From: Euglena gracilis | Lineage: Eukaryota | Assembly: GCA_039621445.1 (NCBI GenBank) | Contig: CP154954.1 | Location: forward strand, 620,001-684,000 | Length of the DNA: 64,000 nucleotides | Direction: 5' to 3' | In this document: in pieces, positions 1 through 51,440 of the stretch | Position numbering within the stretch: the stretch's first letter is position 1 | Layout: each line of letters starts with the position of its first letter | Notes under the pieces: generated by a model | Databases searched by the model: none | The model's input: the letters and a program-made list of their open reading frames with translations, nothing else | Told to the model about the DNA's origin: nothing | Program-made: the position numbers and the translations under genes

Positions 1-630
1 CTTTAAGGAAAAGATGTGTTTTCGATTTAAATGAAAATTTAATCTCAGATACAATTTCGACTATTTCGGATCGTTTCTGGCAAGTTTTGATTAAATTTGT
101 CCTTGAACCTGTTTATGATTTTTTTTTTCATTCATTTAATTTTGGTTTTCGTTATAATGTTCCTATTTATAAGGTTCAGAAAGCTATTTTGCTTAATTTA
201 TCAAATATTTCGTTTGGTAGTAAAAAAAGAATTTTAAAAGTTGAGTTAAATTGTAATTTTTCTATTTTTAATTATGATTATTTGATGAAAAAATTAATTG
301 CTCCGAGAAATATTAAATTAGGGATTTTTCGTTTGTTGGAATTAGGTTTCAATTTGCACTTTCCAGAAAATGAGTGTCAAATTTCGACTTTTAGTTCTTT
401 GTTATTAAACGTTATGTTAAATGGAGTTGAAAACGTTCATAATTGTGTGCGCTATGGTTATTATATGTTATTTTTTTTACGACCCATTACTTACTTTTCT
501 CTTTTTTTATACTTTTTCTTTTTTTTACTTTATTACTAAGGGTTTTGATTATTTTAGGGTTGGCATTTTAAATTAAAAAGTTAAAATATATTCTGCAATT
601 CTAGCGCATAATTATTTTTTTCCTTAATCC
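1..630 (+). pseudogene. ycf13: Third, partial and error-rich forward copy of ycf13/mat1 (matches ~39590-40275)
   Basis: Base 1 onward matches 39590 onward (ctttaaggaaaagatgtgttttcg...). ORF 87..539 equals ycf13 residues IKF.LEP...FFLRP, then degrades. Confidence 0.9.
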
Positions 631-1549
631 ATGAACGTTTTCAAATTCATGTTAACATTAAGTGTTGTTTAATAACAAAGAACTATAAAAGAAATTTGAC
701 ACATTTCTGGAAAGTAAATTGAATTAATATTCCAAATTTTTTTAACGAAAAATCCCTAATTTAAATCATTTTTTATCGGAGCAATTAACTTTATCAAATA
801 TAAATTATAAAAATAGAAAAAAAACAATTTAACTCATTTTAATTAAATCTTTTGGTTTCATTTTTTATAAATGAAAATAGCTTCTGAATTATTTTAAATA
901 GGAACATTATAATTTTTAATAATAAAATTAAATGGATTTTGAAAAAAATTTATGAACAGTTTCTTAGGGCAATTTTAATAAAATTGCTCAGGAATTTTTC
1001 TTTTTTTGATCTCATAAAAATAGTTCGAAAATGTATCTGAGATTAAATTTTCATTTTTTAAATCGACACATATTATTTTGGTTTTAAATGAATTGTTTGC
1101 TTCCACCTTTTTCTATGTTTAATTTTTTCTTCTTTTTTTAAATAAGTTTGTTCAAATTTTTTAAAATATTTAAAGTAGTTTTTTTTTTTTTTAACTCCTG
1201 CATTTTTTTTATTGATTAATTTGTGTTACTAGCGAATAGCTAACATTAGTTTTACATATTTTGATGATGAAAAATAAGTTTTGAAGCTCATCTAAATTTT
1301 CTTATCATGAATATAAGAACTTTTAATTTAAATAAACGCCTGATTTAAATAATAAACGAACAGATTTTAAGAAAAATTTTGATAAAAAATTTTTTTTTTT
1401 AAAACTTGAAAAATTTCATAAAAAATCATAAAGAAAATTTATAAAAAAAAAACATAATTTAAAACAAAAACTTTAAATCATAAAAAAAAACAAAAAATTA
1501 GAATTCAACATAATTAATTTTATACAATTATACAGTTTTAAAGTCTTTA

Positions 1550-16504
<14,955 letters not shown>

Positions 16505-16642
16505 AAATAATATTTTGTAATATAAAATAAGTAATCTCTAATATTAACTAAAGAGCTAATTTTAGGTATTAAGATCCCCTATTTATATACTAAAAAAGGG
16601 AACACAAGCAAAAAATATTGCATAACAATCTATCAATTTACT

Positions 16643-18021
16643 ATGAATAAAAAAACTAACGAAAGGCCTGTATTTCCTTTTACTTCTATTGTTGGACAAG
16701 AAGAGATGTGTGGCTAAACACATTGCACATTCAAATAAAAAACTTAATAAAATAATATTATAAATTTAAAAAATAATAATTATTATTATTAAAAATAATT
16801 ACTACCCTCTAAACTACAATTAATAAATAAAAAATAAAACAAATTGGCAAATAAAATACTGAATTTTCAACACAACTAAAAAAATTTTGTAAATTATTAA
16901 AATTTATTGTAGCTAATTGGAAGCAGTTTGGAAAACTATAGAAAATCCAAAAGAACATAAAATAACAATTTATAAATAAAAAACAAAGCTAAAAGGATAA
17001 ACCACGTATAGTTTGAAAACAAATAAAATTTAGTTTTATGAAATTATCATTAATCTTAAATGTAATAGATCCAAAAATAGGAGGTGTTATGATAATGGGT
17101 GATAGAGGAACAGGAAAGTCAACAATAGTTAGAGCGCTTGTTGACTTACTACCACCTATTGATGTAATAGAAAACGACCCATATAATTCTGATCCATATG
17201 ATACAGAATTAATGTCAGATGACGTTCTAGAAAAAATAAAAAAAAACGAAAAAGTATCGATAATTCAAGTTAAAACACCTATGGTTGATTTACCATTAGG
17301 TGCAACTGAAGATCGTGTTTGTGGAACAATAGATATAGAAAAAGCAATATCCGAAGGAAAAAAAGCATTCGAACCTGGTCTACTAGCACAAGCAAATAGA
17401 GGAATATTGTACGTTGATGAAGTTAACTTATTAGATGACCATTTAGTTGACGTTTTATTAGATTCCGCTGCTTCAGGATGGAACACGGTAGAAAGAGAAG
17501 GAGTTTCGATTTGCCATCCTGCAAGATTTATACTAGTAGGATCAGGAAATCCTGAAGAAGGAGAACTTAGACCACAATTACTAGATAGATTCGGAATGCA
17601 TGCACAAATTAAAACACTAAAGGAACCAGCGCTTCGTGTAAAAATAGTACAACAACGAGAACTATTTGAAAAAAGCCCTAAAGAGTTCAAAGAAAAATAT
17701 AAGGAAGAACAAAATAAACTAATGGAAAAAATTATAAATGCAAGAAAAAAATTAAAAAACATAATAATAAAATACGAACTTTTAGAAAAAATATCACAAA
17801 TCTGTTCTGAACTAAATGTTGATGGACTAAGAGGAGATATGGTAACAAGTCGTGCAGCAAAAGCATTAGTAGCATTTGAAGATCGCACAGAAGTAACACC
17901 TAAAGACATTTTCACTGTAATTACGCTTTGTTTACGACATCGATTACGTAAAGACCCTTTAGAATCAATAGATTCGGGATATAAAGTGCAAGAAACCTTT
18001 AAAAAAGTGTTCAATTACTAA
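16643..18021 (+). CDS. chlI: Mirror copy of chlI (exons 16643-16707, 17040-18021)
   Basis: [26 protein letters not shown]...; Walker A GDRGTGKS. Confidence 0.95.
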
Positions 18022-18102
18022 AAAATAGCTAAAACAAGAAAACTAATTTACATTTTCTGAGAAGTATTTCAGAAAATACATTAAAAATGTTAAAAATATT
18101 CT

Positions 18103-18181
18103 TCCTTCGTGGTGAAATGGTAAACACGTGTGATTCAAAATCACATGCATAAGCTTGCCGGTTCGAGTCCGGTCGAAGGTA
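18103..18181 (+). tRNA. trnL: tRNA-Leu(CAA), mirror copy
   Basis: Anticodon arm TGTGA-TT-CAA-AA-TCACA, long variable arm, GGTTCGAGTCC T-arm. Confidence 0.9.
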
Positions 18182-20042
18182 AAACTCTCGAAATAAAAAA
18201 CGTTAATAAAAAAGTTGCAATATATATCTAGATTAAAATCAACGTCTTTTATTTTGAAAAATGTTAAATTTATAACAAAATTTGAATAATGGAAAGTACC
18301 CAAAACGTGATGTCGTAGATTGAAATCTTACAAAACAATAGTTGATATTGATTTTTTGTTTTTTACATAATTATGTAAAAATTTTATTATTAGTTAAAAT
18401 AATAATATAGACTTTGAAAAATTATGAAACTAAAAAGAAAAAGTAAAATGTGAACTAGATTTACTTCTTAAAGACAAACTTATAGGTTTAAGCAAAAAAC
18501 ATTAGAAAAGCTAATTTTGAATTTTAAATTACTATTTATGGATAAAAGGAAATTAAATTAATTCAAAATTTTGATTTTTAAAATGAATCTAATTTCAAAT
18601 CATAAATTCTCTTGCAAAGTAATAATTTTAATGACTTGGATTACTTTTGAAACGAACATGATTCACATTGTTTTCAAAATTTTTATTGTTTACTATATTG
18701 ATGAGTATTGATGAGTTAACAAGATAAAACTATCTGGGTGTATAAAAAATATCATAGAATAATAATTGAATAAAAATAAAATATTCTAAAACATATAATT
18801 TTCTGGAATTTACAAACTTTATTACAAAAAAGTGTACAACAGAATTATATATATACAAAAATTTATTTTTAAAAATATATAAATTATAACACTTTTAAAA
18901 TTTTAATAGCTTCTTGAAAAATTTTAGTGACAGTAAAAAATAATAAAAACGCGTTTAATACATAATAACTACTATAAAGTATTTATATAGATTATTTTAA
19001 ATCTTAAATAATCTATTATTATTACCTATTTTTGAAATAATATTAGTATAAATATACATATTTAGTAATAAACTATTATCACAAATAGTGTAATCATTGT
19101 CATTTTCGTAAAATTTTAATTTCCAGCAACAAGCAAAATTTTGTTTAACAAAGCTTTTTGCCGATTAAACTAATACAAATAATTTACCCACATTTTTGAT
19201 ATAAAGAAGTATTACAAGAAGTACAGATGAATAAATCAAAAGTAGTTACAAAATATTATTAATATTTAATACCTTACAATTAATTTTTAGTATTGTATTT
19301 ATTCATAAAAAATGAGATCGAACTTTTAGAGTACAATCATTTAGTCTACCATAATTATATATTAAGTAACTTGAATATGACGTTTCAGAAGAATAATAGC
19401 ATAAGTGATTACAGGAATAATAATAATAAGTAAGATAATCTATCATCACGAATAATAATCTAACATTGAATAAGAACAAGAATAATAGAAATTGAGAAAA
19501 ACTCTATATATATATCTAGACATTTCTGTTTGTTTCTAAGTAAAATCCTACGAAACATACAATTTTATATTACATTAAATATGTAACTCATGTAAAAATA
19601 TTGTTAGCTCTAAACATCTTCTATTTTTTCATTATATCATTTTTCTGAAAAACCTATCTCTGATAATGAACTGTAATAATTAACTAACACTTATAAACTT
19701 TGTTTATCTTGAAATCTTAAACCTTAAAATATTATCTTGGAAAGTAAACATCTTTTATCTGGCAGAAATAACCAACCAGTTCTTCCATCCGGACTTGACG
19801 TATGGATGGATTATGGATGGATACAACCTGATTGAGCAATAGAATCGAATCTAAGCATTTCCTCGGCAATGGGTTCACTTCCTTTTTACCCTTTAAGAAA
19901 TTACGTATGCATTAGCCACACACATAGCTAAATAGAAAGCAGTTTGTGTGGTTCTTTGGATTACAATAAACGTTACGGAATTTAACCATAAAGTACTTAA
20001 TAATTAATAAATCAGGGTTAATAATCAATAAAAAACCATAAG

Positions 20043-20092
20043 GCGTAGGTCTCCAAAACCTGATGTAGTAGGTTCGAATCCTACAAAGCGCG
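20043..20092 (+). pseudogene. Pseudo-tRNA-Trp 3' half, mirror copy
   Basis: TAGGT-CT-CCA-AA-ACCTG anticodon arm and T-arm; no 5' acceptor strand or D-arm. Confidence 0.8.
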
Positions 20093-20194
20093 CTTTTAGT
20101 GTACACATTATAGTAAATGTGCCCCTTGCTTGGTCACCAAGGGGACTGATGTAGAAAATATTCAGTAAAGACCATTTAAGTACATTGGTATATA

Positions 20195-20570
20195 GGGACG
20201 GGAGATAGGAGAGAGACGATAGAGACCAAGGGACGGAGGAGAAAGGAAGGGAACGGGGAGAGGAAGAGAGACGAGAGAGAACAAGGGACGGAGAGAGAGG
20301 AAGGCCGGGATAGATGAGTCGAGAGACGTGAGAGGAACCAAAGGGAGTAGTAGAGGGATGGACGTATATAGGTATAGATATACGAGAGAGCAAGGGAAGG
20401 AGAGAGAGGAGGGACGGCAAGATGAGAGAGACTACTATATATACCAATGTTACTTAGATATATTAATGCCTTGATAGATATTATATATAGACTATATATA
20501 GATTACCAATGTATTTATATATATTAATGAAATTATATATATTATATATACTATATATACCAATGTACTT
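20195..20570 (+). repeat. ~54-bp AT-rich tandem repeat (VNTR, reported replication-origin region); 5' copies appear in T-to-G-substituted form
   Basis: Unit ~ACTATATATACCAATGTATTTATATATATTAATGAAATTATATATATTATATAT (54 nt). ACCAAT recurs at 20443, 20505 and 20559; converted (A)CAAGGG-type words at ~20225, 20281, 20337 and 20391. Confidence 0.85.
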
Positions 20571-20606
20571 AAATGGTCTTTACTGAATATTTTCTAAATC
20601 AGTCCC

Positions 20607-20709
20607 CTTGGTGACCAAGCAAGGGGCACATTTACTATAATGTGTACACTAAAAGCGCGCTTTGTAGGATTCGAACCTACTACATCAGGTTTTGGAGACC
20701 TACGCCTTA
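20607..20709. repeat. ~100-bp copy of the rRNA-operon leader, directly repeated at ~63389-63491
   Basis: cttggtgaccaagcaaggggcacatttactataatgtg..cactaaaagcgcgc...cctacgcctta is shared, with 2 mismatches seen. Confidence 0.92.
20656..20705 (-). pseudogene. Pseudo-tRNA-Trp(CCA), 3' half only
   Basis: Reverse complement GCGTAGGTCTCCAAAACCTGATGTAGTAGGTTCGAATCCTACAAAGCGCG. Confidence 0.8.
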
Positions 20710-22566
20710 TGGTTTTTTATTGATTATTAACCCTGATTTATTAATTATTAAGTACTTTATGGTTAAATTCCGTAACGTTTATTGTAATCCAAAGAACCAC
20801 ACAAACTGCTTTCTATTTAGCTATGTGTGTGGCTAATGCATACGTAATTTCTTAAAGGGTAAAAAGGAAGTGAACCCATTGCCGAGGAAATGCTTAGATT
20901 CGATTCTATTGCTCAATCAGGTTGTATCCATCCATAATCCATCCATACGTCAAGTCCGGATGGAAGAACTGGTTGGTTATTTCTGCCAGATAAAAGATGT
21001 TTACTTTCCAAGATAATATTTTAAGGTTTAAGATTTCAAGATAAACAAAGTTTATAAGTGTTAGTTAATTATTACAGTTCATTATCAGAGATAGGTTTTT
21101 CAGAAAAATGATATAATGAAAAAATAGAAGATGTTTAGAGCTAACAATATTTTTACATGAGTTACATATTTAATGTAATATAAAATTGTATGTTTCGTAG
21201 GATTTTACTTAGAAACAAACAGAAATGTCTAGATATATATATAGAGTTTTTCTCAATTTCTATTATTCTTGTTCTTATTCAATGTTAGATTATTATTCGT
21301 GATGATAGATTATCTTACTTATTATTATTATTCCTGTAATCACTTATGCTATTATTCTTCTGAAACGTCATATTCAAGTTACTTAATATATAATTATGGT
21401 AGACTAAATGATTGTACTCTAAAAGTTCGATCTCATTTTTTATGAATAAATACAATACTAAAAATTAATTGTAAGGTATTAAATATTAATAATATTTTGT
21501 AACTACTTTTGATTTATTCATCTGTACTTCTTGTAATACTTCTTTATATCAAAAATGTGGGTAAATTATTTGTATTAGTTTAATCGGCAAAAAGCTTTGT
21601 TAAACAAAATTTTGCTTGTTGCTGGAAATTAAAATTTTACGAAAATGACAATGATTACACTATTTGTGATAATAGTTTATTACTAAATATGTATATTTAT
21701 ACTAATATTATTTCAAAAATAGGTAATAATAATAGATTATTTAAGATTTAAAATAATCTATATAAATACTTTATAGTAGTTATTATGTATTAAACGCGTT
21801 TTTTTTTTTTTTTATTGTTACTAAAATTTTTCAAGAAGCTATTAAAATTTTAAAAGTGTTATAATTTATATATTTTTAAAAATAAATTTTTGTATATATA
21901 TAATTCTGTTGTACACTTTTTTGTAATAAAGTTTGTAAATTCCAGAAAATTATATGTTTTAGAATATTTTATTTTTATTCAATTATTATTCTATGATATT
22001 TTTTATACACCCAGATAGTTTTATCTTGTTAACTCATCAATACTCATCAATATAGTAAACAATAAAAATTTTGAAAACAATGTGAATCATGTTCGTTTCA
22101 AAAGTAATCCAAGTCATTAAAATTATTACTTTGCAAGAGAATTTATGATTTGAAATTAGATTCATTTTAAAAATCAAAATTTTGAATTAATTTAATTTCC
22201 TTTTATCCATAAATAGTAATTTAAAATTCAAAATTAGCTTTTCTAATGTTTTTTGCTTAAACCTATAAGTTTGTCTTTAAGAAGTAAATCTAGTTCACAT
22301 TTTACTTTTTCTTTTTAGTTTCATAATTTTTCAAAGTCTATATTATTATTTTAACTAATAATAAAATTTTTACATAATTATGTAAAAAACAAAAAATCAA
22401 TATCAACTATTGTTTTGTAAGATTTCAATCTACGACATCACGTTTTGGGTACTTTCCATTATTCAAATTTTGTTATAAATTTAACATTTTTCAAAATAAA
22501 AGACGTTGATTTTAATCTAGATATATATTGCAACTTTTTTATTAACGTTTTTTATTTCGAGAGTTT

Positions 22567-22645
22567 TACCTTCGACCGGACTCGAACCGGCAAGCTTATG
22601 CATGTGATTTTGAATCACACGTGTTTACCATTTCACCACGAAGGA
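22567..22645 (-). tRNA. trnL: tRNA-Leu(CAA)
   Basis: Cloverleaf with CAA anticodon; U1-U72 mismatch. Confidence 0.9.
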
Positions 22646-22726
22646 AGAATATTTTTAACATTTTTAATGTATTTTCTGAAATACTTCTCAGAAAATGTAA
22701 ATTAGTTTTCTTGTTTTAGCTATTTT

Positions 22727-24105
22727 TTAGTAATTGAACACTTTTTTAAAGGTTTCTTGCACTTTATATCCCGAATCTATTGATTCTAAAGGGTCTTTAC
22801 GTAATCGATGTCGTAAACAAAGCGTAATTACAGTGAAAATGTCTTTAGGTGTTACTTCTGTGCGATCTTCAAATGCTACTAATGCTTTTGCTGCACGACT
22901 TGTTACCATATCTCCTCTTAGTCCATCAACATTTAGTTCAGAACAGATTTGTGATATTTTTTCTAAAAGTTCGTATTTTATTATTATGTTTTTTAATTTT
23001 TTTCTTGCATTTATAATTTTTTCCATTAGTTTATTTTGTTCTTCCTTATATTTTTCTTTGAACTCTTTAGGGCTTTTTTCAAATAGTTCTCGTTGTTGTA
23101 CTATTTTTACACGAAGCGCTGGTTCCTTTAGTGTTTTAATTTGTGCATGCATTCCGAATCTATCTAGTAATTGTGGTCTAAGTTCTCCTTCTTCAGGATT
23201 TCCTGATCCTACTAGTATAAATCTTGCAGGATGGCAAATCGAAACTCCTTCTCTTTCTACCGTGTTCCATCCTGAAGCAGCGGAATCTAATAAAACGTCA
23301 ACTAAATGGTCATCTAATAAGTTAACTTCATCAACGTACAATATTCCTCTATTTGCTTGTGCTAGTAGACCAGGTTCGAATGCTTTTTTTCCTTCGGATA
23401 TTGCTTTTTCTATATCTATTGTTCCACAAACACGATCTTCAGTTGCACCTAATGGTAAATCAACCATAGGTGTTTTAACTTGAATTATCGATACTTTTTC
23501 GTTTTTTTTTATTTTTTCTAGAACGTCATCTGACATTAATTCTGTATCATATGGATCAGAATTATATGGGTCGTTTTCTATTACATCAATAGGTGGTAGT
23601 AAGTCAACAAGCGCTCTAACTATTGTTGACTTTCCTGTTCCTCTATCACCCATTATCATAACACCTCCTATTTTTGGATCTATTACATTTAAGATTAATG
23701 ATAATTTCATAAAACTAAATTTTATTTGTTTTCAAACTATACGTGGTTTATCCTTTTAGCTTTGTTTTTTATTTATAAATTGTTATTTTATGTTCTTTTG
23801 GATTTTCTATAGTTTTCCAAACTGCTTCCAATTAGCTACAATAAATTTTAATAATTTACAAAATTTTTTTAGTTGTGTTGAAAATTCAGTATTTTATTTG
23901 CCAATTTGTTTTATTTTTTATTTATTAATTGTAGTTTAGAGGGTAGTAATTATTTTTAATAATAATAATTATTATTTTTTAAATTTATAATATTATTTTA
24001 TTAAGTTTTTTATTTGAATGTGCAATGTGTTTAGCCACACATCTCTTCTTGTCCAACAATAGAAGTAAAAGGAAATACAGGCCTTTCGTTAGTTTTTTTA
24101 TTCAT
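22727..24105 (-). CDS. chlI: Mg-chelatase subunit I, 348 aa; exons 24041-24105 and 22727-23708; 332-nt intron
   Basis: AAA+ motifs [27 protein letters not shown]; intron GTGTG...TAGTTTTAT. Confidence 0.97.
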
Positions 24106-24243
24106 AGTAAATTGATAGATTGTTATGCAATATTTTTTGCTTGTGTTCCCTTTTTTAGTATATAAATAGGGGATCTTAATACCTAAAATTAGCTCTTTAG
24201 TTAATATTAGAGATTACTTATTTTATATTACAAAATATTATTT

Positions 24244-45123
<20,880 letters not shown>

Positions 45124-45181
45124 ATTTTGTAATTTAAATATAAGTTAAAAATAATTTATATTTAATTTGTGTGTTTTAAAT

Positions 45182-45263
45182 GCCTTCGTGGTGAAATGGT
45201 AGACACTCATGACTTAAAATCATGTGCTTATAAAGCGTACCGGTTCAACTCCGGTCGAAGGTA
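45182..45263 (+). tRNA. trnL: tRNA-Leu(UAA), no intron
   Basis: CATGA-CT-TAA-AA-TCATG anticodon arm; long variable arm. Confidence 0.95.
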
Positions 45264-45306
45264 TATATAATAAAATATTTAATTTTTTATGTTATAATTT
45301 TATCAA

Positions 45307-45328
45307 CAGTCGCGTTTGCGACTGGGAG
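45307..45328 (+). promoter_or_regulatory. psbA leader stem-loop followed by an SD-like GGGAG
   Basis: CAGTCGC-gttt-GCGACTG 7-bp stem in AT-rich context; TATAAT at ~45293; ATG at 45350. Confidence 0.45.
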
Positions 45329-45349
45329 ATTAATTTAATTAATTTATTG

Positions 45350-48317
<2,968 letters not shown>

Positions 48318-50253
48318 TTTTATATGCTTGTTTTTATCTTTTTTACTAACAAGTATATTTTTTGTTTTGTTAATTATTTTTTAGTAAGTAGATTTTTAAT
48401 TAAATAATGTAACGTTTTTAATAATAAAAATCGAATTATTTGGTAAAAAGCTTTTTTTTAGATTGTTTTTCTTTTTTTGAAAATTATATTAAATTTCTTT
48501 CGATTTTAAAAATATTTAACCAATTGAAGTACATAATTTTTTTCTTATTTTATATTTTTTACTACTTCAGTTTTTTTAATTTCTTTTAAAATGAATTCGT
48601 ATCAAGATTGATGATATTAGAAATTACCCTCAAAAATTGTTATGGTTTATTTTTATTTACTTTGTTGATATAAAACATATATGAAATAAAATTCATAAAA
48701 AACAGTAGTCAGAAGAATTTCTTTGATAAAAATTCTTATTATACAAATAAATATTTAACAATTAACTTAATTAATTTAAGTTATTTTATTATTGATCTTA
48801 AATTTAGTAATTTTTTTAGATTTCAAAAAATATTTTGTCAATTAGTTTTTAAGTAGATTTTTAAAATAAAATATTTAATAAAAACTCTTAAAATTAGAAG
48901 TTTAATGGACGAACTCTAATCTATTCAACTGACTTAACTAATGTTTGTAGTGTGTTGTTACACAATTCAAGTATTTGATTGAATTTAATAGATTCATATC
49001 TCACAATCTAAATAATCTCATTTATTTTTTGAGCAATTTGATAGTTATTAAAATTGAAGTTTAAAAGAATATAAAATGCAGTATTCGTAAGAGCATCTAT
49101 ATTTTTTAACATCTTTTAGTTTTGTAACAAATAAAATTTATGCATGTTGTACTTCCATTAAAAACTTATTAAAACTCTAATACTCAGTCCTAGTACAGCG
49201 AATGTCCATGAACTCCAACAAATAACACAACTTACTATGAAACTAAATGTAAAAATTACAATTCTTGGATCGGTATTTTAATATTGAAGGAAACTACTTT
49301 AGATAATTTTTCCAAGTATTCTTTTTTATGATTTCACTTAATGCTTCTGGATTTACGTTTGTAGCGATATTAATAACTTTTTTTAATGCTTGCCTTTTTT
49401 ACCAATAGGAGCTTGGTATACATACTTTTCTTGAATTTCTGGAAGATCCTAGTTAATTTTCTGTAGTTCATCCAGTGGCTTTTGATTTAAACTTGAATTA
49501 CGTGAAATTAATTCTGTTAAAACCCTGATCTTAGAATTTGGAATAACAATAACGTAGAGAAGTGTCCAAAAAAGAATTCATCCTATGGCAATCAATATTT
49601 TTCTAAATTTTCGGAAAAATCAAGAGATAAATGGCAAATAAGAGAGGATTTATTGAAATACGAAGTACCATAATTAGAAGAATTAGAAGTTTTTTTTACG
49701 AAAGAACAAACGAAATAGAATTTTTTGAACATATGTTATTATCTTAGGGTGTCTAAAAAGTTAATTAATTTTCCCAAATTTATTACAATAAAATATAACA
49801 TTTAACAAAACGTTACATTAAAATTTTTATAGTATGTAAATTAGAAAACATATAAAACCGATATCATTTTTTTTGTATATTCCCTTTTAAAGAATGTTTA
49901 ACGCGTAAATAATTTACTACAAAACTACAAATTTTGTTAAAGTTGAAATCATTCCATTATTTGAGGTAAATAAAGATTTTTATTAAAATTTACTTTTAAT
50001 AATGAAATTATTATGTGTTCAGCTAAAAATTTTGTTTTAGTTTTTATGTTTGTTTAAAGAAAAAGAAGATACGTTAGGGAAGATTTTCTAAATGTTTCTA
50101 AATGTAAATTATTTTTTAATTAGCTTTTTTCTTACTCTCTTGTTTTATATTTTAAGGTCATTTATTTTTTTTGTAGAAGTTTCATAAATGTAAATTATTC
50201 CAGAATTTTAAGGAACTACTTGATCTAAATATTATCTTATTTTTTTTTCGGAT

Positions 50254-50325
50254 TGTCACAGATAGGATTCGAACCTACACAAAACAACTTAGAAGGTTGA
50301 TGCCCGTCCATTAGGCGACTGTGAC
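50254..50325 (-). tRNA. trnR: tRNA-Arg(UCU)
   Basis: GTCACAG...CAAC-CT-TCT-AA-GTTG...GGTTCGAATCC...CTGTGACA. Confidence 0.93.
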
Positions 50326-50380
50326 TATATATATTTTAGTTTTTTAGATAAATTTATTACTAATAATAAATTTATACTTT

Positions 50381-50509
<129 letters not shown>

Positions 50510-50538
50510 TTAAAATTTTTAGGTGCTATTAGATAAAA

Positions 50539-50747
50539 TTATAAATTTCCTTTACGAATGAAAATTATTCCTATAATTAGTGGTCCAGTTAAAGTTATTA
50601 AAGTTAACGATCCTAATTGTATCAAAAGTTTTTTAGATTTATCATTAATCTTATATTAATAATATTATTTTAAATATTTATGTATTTTAAAGTATTGTCC
50701 TAAACTATTACAGTATTTTCTACGATATTTTTCTCATCTGAATTCAT
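50539..50747 (-). CDS. ycf12: Psb30/Ycf12 with a 107-nt group III intron (50631-50737)
   Basis: MNSE|LLIQLGSLTLITLTGPLIIGIIFIRKGNL*; intron starts ATGAG (NUNNG). Confidence 0.9.
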
Positions 50748-50794
50748 GTTTTTATTTTTAATAATTTATATTTTTCACTTAATTTTCTTTTTAA

Positions 50795-51268
50795 TTATCT
50801 AAATTTTACTGAAGCCTGCCATACAAATGCTAGTAGAAAGAATAAAACAGGTATAATAGGAAGGATTACAAATAGGAACTTTTTCTTAATCAAGATAAAT
50901 TTTTATATTTGGAAATAAAATAAAAAAATTTTTTTACTTTAGATTGTATTAATTCGTTTATTTTAGAGTTTATTTTTTTAGACATTTATATTTTTACTGT
51001 AATATTTTTTATTTTATTCTCACTTTTATTTCATTTTTACTTTTATTTTTTATTTTTTTCTAATCTCAACATCAATTAGTGGGTCGAATGGAGCATATTG
51101 TTCTGGTAATAAGCCAAAAAAAGTGTTAGTGGTCGGATTTAATGTTTTTCCTGAATTTTAAAGCAAAATTATTATTATTTTATTTTTTAATTTTTTTGTT
51201 TTTAGAGTTCTTATGTTAGTTCTTTTTAATCGCAAGTTAAAAAAATTGTTTAAAGTTATAAAAGACAT
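50795..51268 (-). CDS. psbK: PSII subunit K; introns ~51132-51235 (group III) and 50866-51069 (204 nt, probable group III twintron)
   Basis: ...[36 protein letters not shown]. Confidence 0.92.
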
Positions 51269-51363
51269 TTTATTTTCCCATATTTATTTTTGAGTTTGTT
51301 GTTTTGACAAAATAATTATAATGAGTAAAATTAAGTTCCTATCATTATTATATTAATAATGAT

Positions 51364-51435
51364 GCCTTTTTAGCTCAGTGGTAGAGCATTGTATTTGTAA
51401 TGCGGTGGTCGTCGGTTCGAATCCGACAAAAGGCT
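51364..51435 (+). tRNA. trnT: tRNA-Thr(UGU)
   Basis: Cloverleaf, anticodon TGT. Confidence 0.95.
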
Positions 51436-51440
51436 TGTGT

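Noticed and set aside
20025-20447. 140-aa Ser/Leu/Pro-rich ORF, or a functional polypurine triplex/G4 tract
   Set aside because: The frame is open only because T-to-G conversion of the VNTR removes stops; the tract is explained by the repeat unit.
20195-20570. CRISPR array
   Set aside because: Units are head-to-tail with no unique spacers, and no cas-like ORF is present.
22445-22705. ORFs crossing tRNAs or pseudo-tRNAs (also 18043-18303, 19912-20106, 20642-20836, 51370-51561, 63368-63595)
   Set aside because: They overlap structured RNA sequence and have no recognisable protein features.
22734-23483. 249-aa ORF (mirror 17265-18014)
   Set aside because: Antisense shadow of chlI.
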